Positions 1 to 13,376 of a stretch of 64,000 bases of DNA are shown here, piece after piece. The DNA comes from Eledone cirrhosa (lineage: Eukaryota): the NCBI GenBank assembly GCA_964016885.1, contig OZ024741.1, forward strand, positions 35,712,001 through 35,776,000, given 5' to 3'. The first letter of the stretch is position 1. Each line of letters starts with the position of its first letter. The notes below the pieces were generated by a model. It saw only the letters and a program-made list of their open reading frames with translations. It did not search any database and was not told where the DNA came from. The translations under genes and the position numbers were made by a program.

Positions 1-3000
1 ATTATACAGTACAGTCTATATACTATATATACAGTGACATTATACAGTACAGTCTATATACTATATATACAGTGACATTATACAGTACAGTCTATATACT
101 ATACATACAGTGACATTATACAGTACAGTCTATATACTATACATACAATGACTTTATACAGTACAGTCTATATACTATACATACAGTGACATTATACAGT
201 ACAGTCTATATACTATACATAGTGACATTATACAGTACAGTCTATATACTATACATACAGTGACATTATACAGTACAGTCTATATACTATAGATACAGTG
301 ACATTATACAGTACAGTCTATATACTATAGATACAGTGACATTATACAGTACAGTCTATATACTATATATACAGTGACATTATACAGTACAGTCTATATA
401 CTATATATACAGTGACATTATACAGTACAGTCTATATACTATACATACAGTAGCATTATACAGTAGTCTATATACTATACATACAGTGACATTATACAGT
501 ACAGTCTATATACTATACATACAGTGACATTATACAGTACAGTCTATATACTATACATACAGTGACATTATACAGTACAGTCTATATACTATACATACAG
601 TGGCATTATATAGTACAGTCTATATACTATACATAGTGACATTATACAGTACAGTCTATATACTATACATACAGTGACATTATACAGTACAGTCTATATA
701 CTATACATACAGTGGCATTATATAGTACAGTCTATATACTATAGATACAGTGACATTATACAGTACAGTCTATATACTATACATACAGTGACATTATACA
801 GTACAGTCTATATACTATACATACAGTGACATTATACAGTACAGTCTATATACTATACATACAGTGACATTATACAGTACAGTCTATATACTATACATAC
901 AGTGACATTATACAGTTCAGTCTATATACTATACATACAGTGACATTATACAGTAGTCTATATACTATACATACAGTGACATTATACAGTACAGTCTATA
1001 TACTATACATACAGTGACATTATACAGTACAGTCTATATACTATACATACAGTGACATTATACAGTACAGTCTATATACTTTACATACAGTGACATTATA
1101 CAGTACAGTCTATATACTATACATACAGTGACATTATACAGTACAGTCTATATACTATACATACAGTGACATTATACAGTACAGTCTATATACTATACAT
1201 ACTGACATTATACAGTACAGTCTATATACTATATATACAGTGACATTATACAGTACAGTCTATATACTATACATACAGTGACATTATACAGTACAGTCTA
1301 TATACTATACATACAGTGACATTATACAGTACAGTCTATATACTATACATACAGTGGCATTATACAGTACAGTCTATATACTATACATAGTGACATTATA
1401 CAGTACAGTCTATATACTATACATACAGTGACATTATACAGTACAGTCTATATACTATACATAGTGACATTATACAGTACAGTCTATATACTATACATAC
1501 AGTGACATTATACAGTACAGTCTATATACTATACATACAGTGACGTTATACAGTACAGTCTATATTCTATACATAGTGACATTATACAGTACAGTCTATA
1601 TACTATATATACAGTGACATTATACAGTACAGTCTATATACTATACATACAGTGACATTATACAGTACAGTCTATATACTATAGATACAGTGACATTATA
1701 CAGTACAGTCTATATACTATACATACAGTGACATTATACAGTACAGTCTATATACTATATATACAGTGACATTATCCAGTACAGTCTATATACTATACAT
1801 ACTGTGACATTATACAGTACAGTCTATATACTATAGATACAGTGACATTATACAGTACAGTCTATATACTATACATACAGTGACATTATACAGTACAGTC
1901 TATATACTATACGTACAGTGACATTATACAGTACAGTCTATATACTATACATAGTGACATTATACAGTACAGTCTATATACTATACATACAGTGACATTA
2001 TACAATACAGTCTATATACTATACATACAGTGGCATTATACAGTACAGTCTATATACTTTACATAGTGACATTATACAGTACAGTCTATATACTATATAT
2101 ACAGTGACATTATACAGTACAGTCTATATACTATACATACAATGACATTATACAGTACAGTCTATATACTATATATACAGTGACATTATACAGTACAGTC
2201 TATATACTATACATACAGTGACATTATACAGTACAGTCTATATACTATACATACAGTGACATTATACAGTAGTCTATATACTATAGATACAGTGACATTA
2301 TACAGTACAGTCTATATACTATAGATACAGTGACATTATACAATACAGTCTATATACTATACATACAGTGGCATTATACAGTACAGTCTATATACTATAC
2401 ATACAGTGACATTATACAGTACAGTCTATATACTATACATACAGTGACATTATACAATACAGTCTATATACTAAACATACAGTCGCATTATACAGTACAA
2501 TCTATATACTATATATACAGTGACATTATACAGTACAGTCTATATACTATACATACAGTGACATTATACAGTACAGTCTATATACTATATATACAGTGAC
2601 ATTATACAGTACAGTCTATATACTATATATACAGTGACATTATACAGTACAGTCTATATACTATACATACAGTGACATTATACAGTACAGTCTATATACT
2701 ATACATACAATGACATTATACAGTACAGTCTATATACTATACATACAGTGACATTATACAATACAGTCTATATACTAAACATACAGTCGCATTATACAGT
2801 ACAATCTATATACTATATATACAGTGACATTATACAGTACAGTCTATATACTATACATAGTGACATTATACAGTACAGTCTATATACTATACATACAGTG
2901 ACATTATACAGTACAGTCTATATACTATACATAGTGACATTATACAGTACAGTCTATATACTATACATACAGTGACATTATACAATACAGTCTATATACT

Positions 3001-6000
3001 ATACATACAGTGGCATTATACAGTACAGTCTATATACTATATATACAGTGACATTATACAATACAGTCTATATACTATACATACTGTGACAATATACAGT
3101 ACAGTCTATATACTATACATACAGTGACATTATACAGTACAGTCTATATACTATACATACAGTGACATTATACAGTACAGTCTATATACTATACATACAG
3201 TGACATTATACAGTACAGTCTATATACTATACATACAGTGACATTATACAGTAGTCTATATACTATACATACAGTGACATTATACAGTACAGTCAATATA
3301 CTATACATACAGTGACATTATACAGTACAGTATATATACTATATATACAGTGACATTATACAGTACAGTTTATATACTATATATACAGTGACATTATACA
3401 GTACAGTCTATATACTATACATACTGTGACAATATACAGTACAGTCTATATACTATACATACAGTGACATTATACAGTACAGTCTATATACTATACATAC
3501 AGTGACATTATACAGTACAGTCTATATACTATACATAGTGACATTATACAGTACAGTCTATATACTATACATAGTGACATTATACAGTAGTCTATATACT
3601 ATATATACAGTGGCATTATACAGTACAGTCTATATACTATAGATACAGTGACATTATACAGTACAGTCTATATACTATACGTACAGTGACATTATACAGT
3701 ACAGTCTATATACTATATATACAGTGACATTATACAGTACAGTCTATATACTATACATAGTGACATTATACAGTAGTCTATATACTATATATACAGTGAC
3801 ATTATACAGTACAGTCTATATACTATATATACAGTGACATTATACAGTACAGTCTATATACTATACATACAGTGACATTATACAATACAGTCTATATACT
3901 ATAGATACAGTGACATTATACAGTACAGTCTATATACTATAGATACAATGACAATATACAGTACAGTCTATATACTATACATACAGTGACATTATACAAT
4001 ACAGTCTATATACTATAGATACAGTGACATTATACAGTACAGTCTATATACTATACATACAGTGACATTATACAGTAGTCTATATACTATATATACAGTG
4101 ACATTATACAGTACAGTCTATATACTATACATACAGTGACATTATACAGTACAGTCTATATACTATATATACAGTGACATTATACAGTACAGTCTATATA
4201 CTATACACACAGTGACATTATACAGTACAGTCTATATACTATACATACAGTGACATTATACAGTACAGTCTATATACTATATATACAGTGACATTATACA
4301 GTACAGTCTATATACTATATATACAGTGACATTATACAGTACAGTCTATATACTATACATACAGTGACATTATACAATACAGTCTATATACTATAGATAC
4401 AGTGACAATATACAGTACAGTCTATATACTATACATACAGTGACATTATACAGTAGAGTCTATATACTATAGATACAGTGACATTATACAGTACAGTCTA
4501 TATACTATACATACAGTGACATTATACAGTACAGTCTATATACTATATATACAGTGACATTATACAGTACAGTCTATATACTATATATACAGTGACATTA
4601 TACAGTACAGTCTATATACTATATATACAGTGACATTATACAGTAGTCTATATACTATACACACAGTGACATTATACAGTACAGTCTATATACTATACAT
4701 ACAGTGACATTATACAGTACAGTCTATATACTATACATACAGTGACATTATACAGTAGTCTATATACTATAGATACAGTGACATTATACAGTACAGTCTA
4801 TATACTATAGATACAGTGACATTATACAGTACAGTCTATATACTATATATACAGTGACATTATACAGTACAGTCTATATACTATACATACAGTGACATTA
4901 TACAATACAGTCTATATACTATAGATACAGTGACAATATACAGTACAGTCTATATACTATATATACAGTGACATTATACAGTACAGTCTATATACTATAC
5001 ATACAGTGACATTATACAATACAGTCTATATACTATAGATACAGTGACAATATACAGTACAGTCTATATACTATACATACAGTGACATTATACAGTACAG
5101 TCTATATACTATACATACAGTGACATTATACAGTAGTCTATATACTATAGATACAGTGACATTATACAGTACAGTCTATATACTATAGATACAGTGACAT
5201 TATACAGTACAGTCTATATACTATATATACAGTGACATTATACAGTACAGTCTATATACTATACATACAGTGACATTATACAATACAGTCTATATACTAT
5301 AGATACAGTGACAATATACAGTACAGTCTATATACTATACATACAGTGACATTATACAATACAGTCTATATACTATAGATACAGTGACATTATACAGTAC
5401 AGTCTATATACTATACATACAGTGACATTATACAATACAGTCTATATACTATAGATACAGTGACATTATACAGTACAGTCTATATACTATACATACAGTG
5501 ACATTATACAGTACAGTCTATATACTATACATACAGTGACAATATACAGTAGTCTATATACTATATATACAGTGGCATTATACAGTACAGTCTATATACT
5601 ATAGATACAGTGACATTATACAGTACAGTCTATATACTATACATACAGTGACATTATACAGTACAGTCTATATACTATACATAGTGACATTATACAGTAC
5701 AGTCTATATACTATATATACAGTGACATTATACAGTACAGTCTATATACTATACATACAGTGACATTATACAGTACAGTCTATATTCTATACATACAGTG
5801 GCATTATACAGTACAGTCTATATACTATAGATACAGTGACATTCTACAGTACAGTCTATATACTATACATACAGTGACATTATACAGTACAGTCTATATA
5901 CTATATATACAGTGACATTATACAGTACAGTCTATATACTATACATACAGTGATATTATATAGTACAGTCTATATACTATATATACAGTGACATTATACA

Positions 6001-9000
6001 GTACAGTCTATATACTATATATACAGTGACATTATACAGTACAGTCTATATACTATATATACACTGACATTATACAGTACAGTCTATATACTATACATAC
6101 AGTGACATTATACAGTACAGTCTATATACTATACATACAGTGACATTATACAGTACAGTTTATATACTATATATACAGTGACATTATACAGTACAGTCTA
6201 TATACTATACATACAGTGACATTATACAGTACAGTCTATATACTATACATACAGTGACATTATACAGTACAGTCTATATACTATACATACAGTGACATTA
6301 TACAGTACAGTCTATATACTATACATACAGTGACATTATACAGTACAGTCTATATACTATACATACAGTGACATTATACAGTACAGTCAATATACTATAC
6401 ATACAGTGACATTATACAGTACAGTATATATACTATATATACAGTGACATTATACAGTACAGTTTATATACTATATATACAGTGACATTATACAGTACAG
6501 TCTATATACTATACATACTGTGACAATATACAGTACAGTCTATATACTATACATACAGTGACATTATACAGTACAGTCTATATACTATACATACAGTGAC
6601 ATTATACAGTACAGTCTATATACTATACATAGTGACATTATACAGTACAGTCTATATACTATACATAGTGACATTATACAGTAGTCTATATACTATATAT
6701 ACAGTGGCATTATACAGTACAGTCTATATACTATAGATACAGTGACATTATACAGTACAGTCTATATACTATACATACAGTGACATTATACAGTACAGTC
6801 TATATACTATATATACAGTGACATTATACAGTACAGTCTATATACTATACATAGTGACATTATACAGTAGTCTATATACTATATATACAGTGACATTATA
6901 CAGTACAGTCTATATACTATATATACAGTGACATTATACAGTACAGTCTATATACTATACATACAGTGACATTATACAATACAGTCTATATACTATAGAT
7001 ACAGTGACATTATACAGTACAGTCTATATACTATAGATACAATGACAATATACAGTACAGTCTATATACTATACATACAGTGACATTATACAATACAGTC
7101 TATATACTATAGATACAGTGACATTATACAGTACAGTCTATATACTATACATACAGTGACATTATACAGTAGTCTATATACTATATATACAGTACAGTCT
7201 ATATACTATACATACAGTGACATTATACAGTACAGTCTATATACTATATATACAGTGACATTATACAGTACAGTCTATATACTATACACACAGTGACATT
7301 ATACAGTACAGTCTATATACTATACATACAGTGACATTATACAGTACAGTCTATATACTATATATACAGTGACATTATACAGTACAGTCTATATACTATA
7401 TATACAGTGACATTATACAGTACAGTCTATATACTATACATACAGTGACATTATACAATACAGTCTATATACTATACATACAGTGACATTATACAGTACA
7501 GTCTATATACTATACATACAGTGACATTATACAGTACAGTCTATATACTATACATACAGTGACATTATACAGTACAGTCTATATACTATACATACAGTGA
7601 CATTATACAGTACAGTCTATATACTATACATACAGTGACATTATACAGTACAGTCAATATACTATACATACAGTGACATTATACAGTACAGTATATATAC
7701 TATATATACAGTGACATTATACAGTACAGTTTATATACTATATATACAGTGACATTATACAGTACAGTCTATATACTATACATACTGTGACAATATACAG
7801 TACAGTCTATATACTATACATACAGTGACATTATACAGTACAGTCTATATACTATACATACAGTGACATTATACAGTACAGTCTATATACTATACATAGT
7901 GACATTATACAGTACAGTCTATATACTATACATAGTGACATTATACAGTAGTCTATATACTATATATACAGTGGCATTATACAGTACAGTCTATATACTA
8001 TAGATACAGTGACATTATACAGTACAGTCTATATACTATACATACAGTGACATTATACAGTACAGTCTATATACTATATATACAGTGACATTATACAGTA
8101 CAGTCTATATACTATACATAGTGACATTATACAGTAGTCTATATACTATATATACAGTGACATTATACAGTACAGTCTATATACTATATATACAGTGACA
8201 TTATACAGTACAGTCTATATACTATACATACAGTGACATTATACAATACAGTCTATATACTATAGATACAGTGACATTATACAGTACAGTCTATATACTA
8301 TAGATACAATGACAATATACAGTACAGTCTATATACTATACATACAGTGACATTATACAATACAGTCTATATACTATAGATACAGTGACATTATACAGTA
8401 CAGTCTATATACTATACATACAGTGACATTATACAGTAGTCTATATACTATATATACAGTGACATTATACAGTACAGTCTATATACTATACATACAGTGA
8501 CATTATACAGTACAGTCTATATACTATATATACAGTGACATTATACAGTACAGTCTATATACTATACACACAGTGACATTATACAGTACAGTCTATATAC
8601 TATACATACAGTGACATTATACAGTACAGTCTATATACTATATATACAGTGACATTATACAGTACAGTCTATATACTATACATACAGTGACATTATACAA
8701 TACAGTCTATATACTATAGATACAGTGACAATATACAGTACAGTCTATATACTATATATACAGTGACATTATACAGTACAGTCTATATACTATACATACA
8801 GTGACATTATACAGTACAGTCTATATTCTATACATACAGTGGCATTATACAGTACAGTCTATATACTATAGATACAGTGACATTATACAGTACAGTCTAT
8901 ATACTATACATACAGTGACATTATACAGTACAGTCTATATACTATATATACAGTGACATTATACAGTACAGTCTATATACTATACATACAGTGACATTAT

Positions 9001-9438
9001 ACAGTACAGTCTATATACTATACATAGTGACATTATACAGTACAGTCTATATACTATATATACAGTGACATTATACAGTACAGTCTATATACTATACATA
9101 CAGTGACATTATACAGTACAGTCTATATTCTATACATACAGTGGCATTATACAGTACAGTCTATATACTATAGATACAGTGACATTATACAGTACAGTCT
9201 ATATACTATACATACAGTGACATTATACAGTACAGTCTATATACTATAGATACAGTGACATTATACAGTACAGTCTATATACTATACATACAGTGACATT
9301 ATCCAGTACAGTCTATATACTATATATACAGTGACATTATACAGTACAATCTATATTCTATACATACAATGACATTATACAGTACAGTCTATATACTATA
9401 CATACAGTGACATTATCCAGTACAGTCTATATACTATA
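1..9438. repeat. 38-bp tandem satellite, about 250 copies, running off the window's left edge
   Basis: Unit ACAGTGACATTATACAGTACAGTCTATATACTATACAT (starts at 31, 69, ...). Recurrent 35-bp deletion variants and point variants (ACAT/ATAT/AGAT, GGC, CAAT). Confidence 0.98.
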
Positions 9439-9740
9439 TTTTCTCTTGTTAGGTGCCGGTTATCCATCTCCGTCACGCTCTTATAATATCTGTCTGTATG
9501 CCTGGCTGTCTGCATTACGACATTCTGACGAACATTGATGACGTATTATGTTCGCTATTTTCCGTTCATTGCCAGGGAATGTCTTCACGAACCAAAGTAT
9601 CGTCTTCCTGTTTTCCTTTGGTTGCAACGTTTTTCGAAATATTTACTTCTGCATTCGTAGATTGATGTGTTTAGTTGCAGAAGATCCCGTTAAGGGTGAA
9701 AGCAATGATTCTTTACTTAAACTTTAATCTGTTATTTTAA

Positions 9741-10388
9741 TCTATATATGAATAAATATAAAACTGAGGAAGGATGTATGTATGTATGTATGTGTGTATG
9801 TGTGTGTGAAACTCGAGAAGTACCCAACCGATTTTTTTCAAACTTTACATGTGTATAACTTATGTTTCAGGGAGTGTTATGCACATAAAAAAAATTGAAC
9901 TTTTTGATCTCCTAGGGCCCGCATTAGGTGAAAAACTGCGTTTTTTTCAGCTTTTAGGGTTTTTTTAAGGTGTTACGTCAGATCAATTTCTTTGAAATTG
10001 TAACTATGTATTAGTCAGTCTCTTCTTCATACCGTGAGCAAAGAAAATCCAACTTTTTATGGACTAGGGCCCGCATTAGGTGAAAAACGTCATTTTTTCA
10101 GCTCTTTAGGGCTTTTTTGAGGCGTTATGTCTAGCCGATTTTCACGAAATTTCAAGGCATATTATGCACATAAAAAAATGCATTTTCTTGATCCCCTAGG
10201 ACCCGCATTAGGTGAAAACCTGCATTTTTCCTCCTTCATCGAGGAAAATCTTAGATTATCCAGCCATCAGAGTATTCGGTTTATTTTCTTTATATATTTT
10301 ACAGGCATGCAGTTTTCCATGATTAGGTCTGTTGGCAGCCCACGTTCCAAAATACCTTATCCCGTGGAATGCCGGGTACCACTGCTAG
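9741..10388 (+). mobile_element. Non-autonomous Helitron
   Basis: Begins A|TC (9740/9741), followed by an (ATGT)n/(GT)n microsatellite. Three internal ~130-150-bp subrepeats contain CCGCATTAGGTGAAAA. Subterminal hairpin CCCG-TGGAATGC-CGGG (10361-10376), then 8 nt and CTAG|T (10385-10389). No TSD. Confidence 0.8.
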
Positions 10389-10694
10389 TATATTATACAC
10401 ACAGAGACTGTATACTGTATATTCTATTTTATATACGCAACAATTCTATGCAGCACAGTCTATATACTATACATACAACGGTACTATACAGCACAATCTA
10501 TATAGGCACAGAGGTAGTATTATACAGTATAGTCTATATACTATACACACAGAGGTAATATTCAATACAATCTATATAGTATACACAAGGAGACTGTATA
10601 TAGTAAAGTCTATATAATATATACATAGGTACTATATAGTATAGTCTATATAATACATACAAAGGTACTATATAGTACAGTCTATATGCTACAC
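10389..10694. repeat. Diverged edge copies of the 38-bp satellite
   Basis: Degenerate CAGTCTATATACTATACA / TATACAGTATAGTCTATA motifs recur at roughly the satellite period. Confidence 0.8.
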
Positions 10695-11392
10695 GTATTG
10701 CGCCTCGACTCCTTGCATCTGCAGCAAGTTCAGCACTGCGTTGATTTTAACAGGTCGAATGGTGGTTGGCGGTGATGAAATAGAGGAGGTGGAGGAAAAC
10801 GTCTACCTGGGACAAGACGTGAACATGCGCCGAGACATTGAGGGGGAGATCTCGCGGAGAGTAAGGGCCGGATGGAAGGCGTTCAACGGCATAAGGGATG
10901 TGCTCAAGGGAAGGTTGGACAAAACCACCCGCGCCAACTCTCCAATAGCACAGTTTTACCTGCAATGTTATATGGAAGTGAAACTTGGGCTACAACGAAG
11001 AGAGAAGAGCAGAGGCTGGTAACGGCTCAAAGAGCCATGGAGAGATCAATGCTAGGAATCTCGTTGAGAGAGCACATCAGGAGCGAAGTCATCAGACAGA
11101 AGTCCGGTGTGAGGGATGTCATCACGGAATATATGCGCAGCAAGTTCAGATGGGCTGGACAGGTCGTCCGGTTCACCGATAATCGGTGGACCCGCGCAGT
11201 TGCCGAGTGGTACCCGCGCAAGCTGAAACGACCACTCGGAAGGCCTCCACGAGGGTGGAGTTACGATTTTAAGAATACGATTGGGATTACATGGATGAGG
11301 AAAGCACAATCCAGAGAGGAATGGATGGCGTGCTGTGACCAGCAGCGCCGAATGGACGCCCGACAGACTGGTCGGTCAAGGTTATCAAGGTG
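10695..11392 (+). mobile_element. 5'-truncated RTE-clade LINE (RT C-terminal region, frameshifted)
   Basis: Peptides EEVEENVYLGQ...EISRRVRAGWKAF and LPAMLYGSETW...KFRWAGQV...KRPLGRPP. 11-bp TSD ATATGCTACAC at 10684-10694 and 11393-11403. Confidence 0.92.
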
Positions 11393-11510
11393 ATATGCTA
11401 CACATTAAAATAATATGCAATATCATGTATGTATCTATATGTAGTTGATGGATGAGTGAAAAGGGTACTCAATACCGAAGTAGAGTTTAAATATTCATTT
11501 TAAGGCTAAA

Positions 11511-11730
11511 TAATGGTTTCTAATATAGGCACAAGGCCAGCAATTTTGGGGAAAGGGAAAGTCGATTAAATCGACCCCAGTGCGTGAATGGTACTTTATT
11601 TTATCGACCCCATAAGGATGATAGGCAAAGCTTACCATGGCTGGATTTGAACTCAGAACGTAAAGGGCAGTAACTCTATGTAGCAAAGCATATTGTCTGA
11701 CGCCCAACCAATACTGCCAATCCACCACCC
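11511..11730 (-). mobile_element. tRNA-derived SINE, family A (Meta-like core)
   Basis: Minus strand reads A box TGGCAGTATTGG, B box GAGTTCAAATC and a core close to GCCTTTCATCCTTACGGGGTCGATAAAATAAAGTACC. More than 12 copies in the window. Confidence 0.85.
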
Positions 11731-12017
11731 TATTTTAATGCTAAATAATGAGTCTTGTTACTCTGCAGTTTCACCTGCTTGCTCATAGGGTTATCAGACA
11801 AAAACTACACATTTAGTAGTAGAGACAGCACAAATAGGGGAAGACACCGGGAGAGGGGGAGAAGAAATCCTGTAAATGTCAGAAGACCCTCTCCTACCTG
11901 GACTCTGTATCTCGTCAACCACTGCCACTCCTTAAGACTCACTAACTAAGGGTAACCCAGCATCAATATAATTTGTTTCATATATTTCACTAATCACTAA
12001 TGATCATGGTTTTGCAC

Positions 12018-12298
12018 CTAGAAAGTTTCCTTCTGAGACACCAGCCTGGACAAGGTTGTTTGTGGAAAACCAGCAGTTGTCCATGCATACCAGTCTCCCA
12101 TCTTCAGACCACCGATGTTGTCCAAGGTAAGGGCAATAGGTGATACAGCTTGGCACCAGTGACATTGCAACTCATTTCTACAGCTGAGTGGACTGGAGCA
12201 ACATGAAATAAAGTGTCTTGTTCAAGAACACAACATATCACCCGATCTGAGAATCAAACTCACAACCTCTCAATTGTAAGCCCAACACTTTAACCACT
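12018..12298 (-). mobile_element. tRNA-derived SINE, family B head with tail type 1
   Basis: Shares tRNA head and the core CTTGARCAAGACACTTTATTTCA..TTGCTCCAGT..ACTCAGCTG with the copies at 20482, 24960, 34748 and 54468. Confidence 0.75.
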
Positions 12299-12567
12299 AT
12301 TATATTCCATAATTCCATATTTCATTATCTCCACCATCTTTATATCTTCCTAATACTTATATTTTATTTTATGTTTATTTTATTTTATTTTAATTAAAAA
12401 AGATTTTTTTTCAATTTTTTCATTTTTCATCGCTTATATTTTACATAATAACATTGCCACCACATACTCACCCACCCCTCATTGTTTCCACCATTACCAT
12501 TATCATATATTTCACCACTCTTACAAGCTACATCTCTATACTTTATAATTCCATATTCTTTATAATT

Positions 12568-12987
12568 GTAGTGACCTACATTCCGCGGGCTCACATACAT
12601 TCTCTGTGCGTGATTTGGCTCAGTTCAGCCAATCAGCGCCAGTAGAAGAGGAGTATCCCTACGCGCCCTGAGGAAGAAATTCCCCGCGAAGATTTGAAGA
12701 ATCTCTCTCTTGTACCAGAAACTTCGAGCCAGCAACACGCATAATGTAACGGTGAGATTTTGCACCCTAGCCTCGCCGGCTTTTCGGCGCAATGGCATAT
12801 TCCCTTTTGTAACCTCTTCTTATCTGTAACTTCAACCATATAAGTTAACAAACATTGTTTGTACTACATCAAAAATAAACAAACATTTCATCTCTAATTA
12901 CTGCTGTTGAAATCATTATTATGTTACTCGTGTCTCAATAACATCTATAATCCATGCTGCTGGAATTGGCGACCTGATAAAAGGAAT
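12568..12987 (+). mobile_element. Putative LTR fragment (solo-LTR-like)
   Basis: Starts TGTAGTGACC. CpG-rich, with CCAATCAG and AATAAA (~12874). Ends in a PBS-like TGGCGACC (12967). No clean CA end or TSD seen. Confidence 0.35.
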
Positions 12988-13376
12988 ATTGTAAATAGAT
13001 GGTAAATAGATCGAGGGACCTTCCCTCACGTCTATGTCAACAAGATAATCCAACGAGGATACTATCACTTACCACACTGGCAACTAATGACCTTCAATCA
13101 TCTACCCTGTTAAAGTGGCGACCAGTGATTCTACCAATACTGCTAAATAATCATATATTTCCATATACATCATTGTATTTAATTCTTTATATATTTTCTA
13201 TTCTCCATATTTCATTTTAAATTACATCACTTTATATTCTTTACTTATTCTCTCGACACCAACACCACCGCCATCACTAACCAACTCACACCAGCCTCCA
13301 CTCGCCCATTATAGTTTTTCTCTATCTACTTATAATATTTCTATGTATGTATGTGTGTGTATACATACATATATAA

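Noticed and set aside
1-9438. CRISPR-like array or coding ORFs (2330-2599, 2748-2975)
   Set aside because: Head-to-tail monomers with no unique spacers and no cas genes; the ORFs are translations of the repeat.
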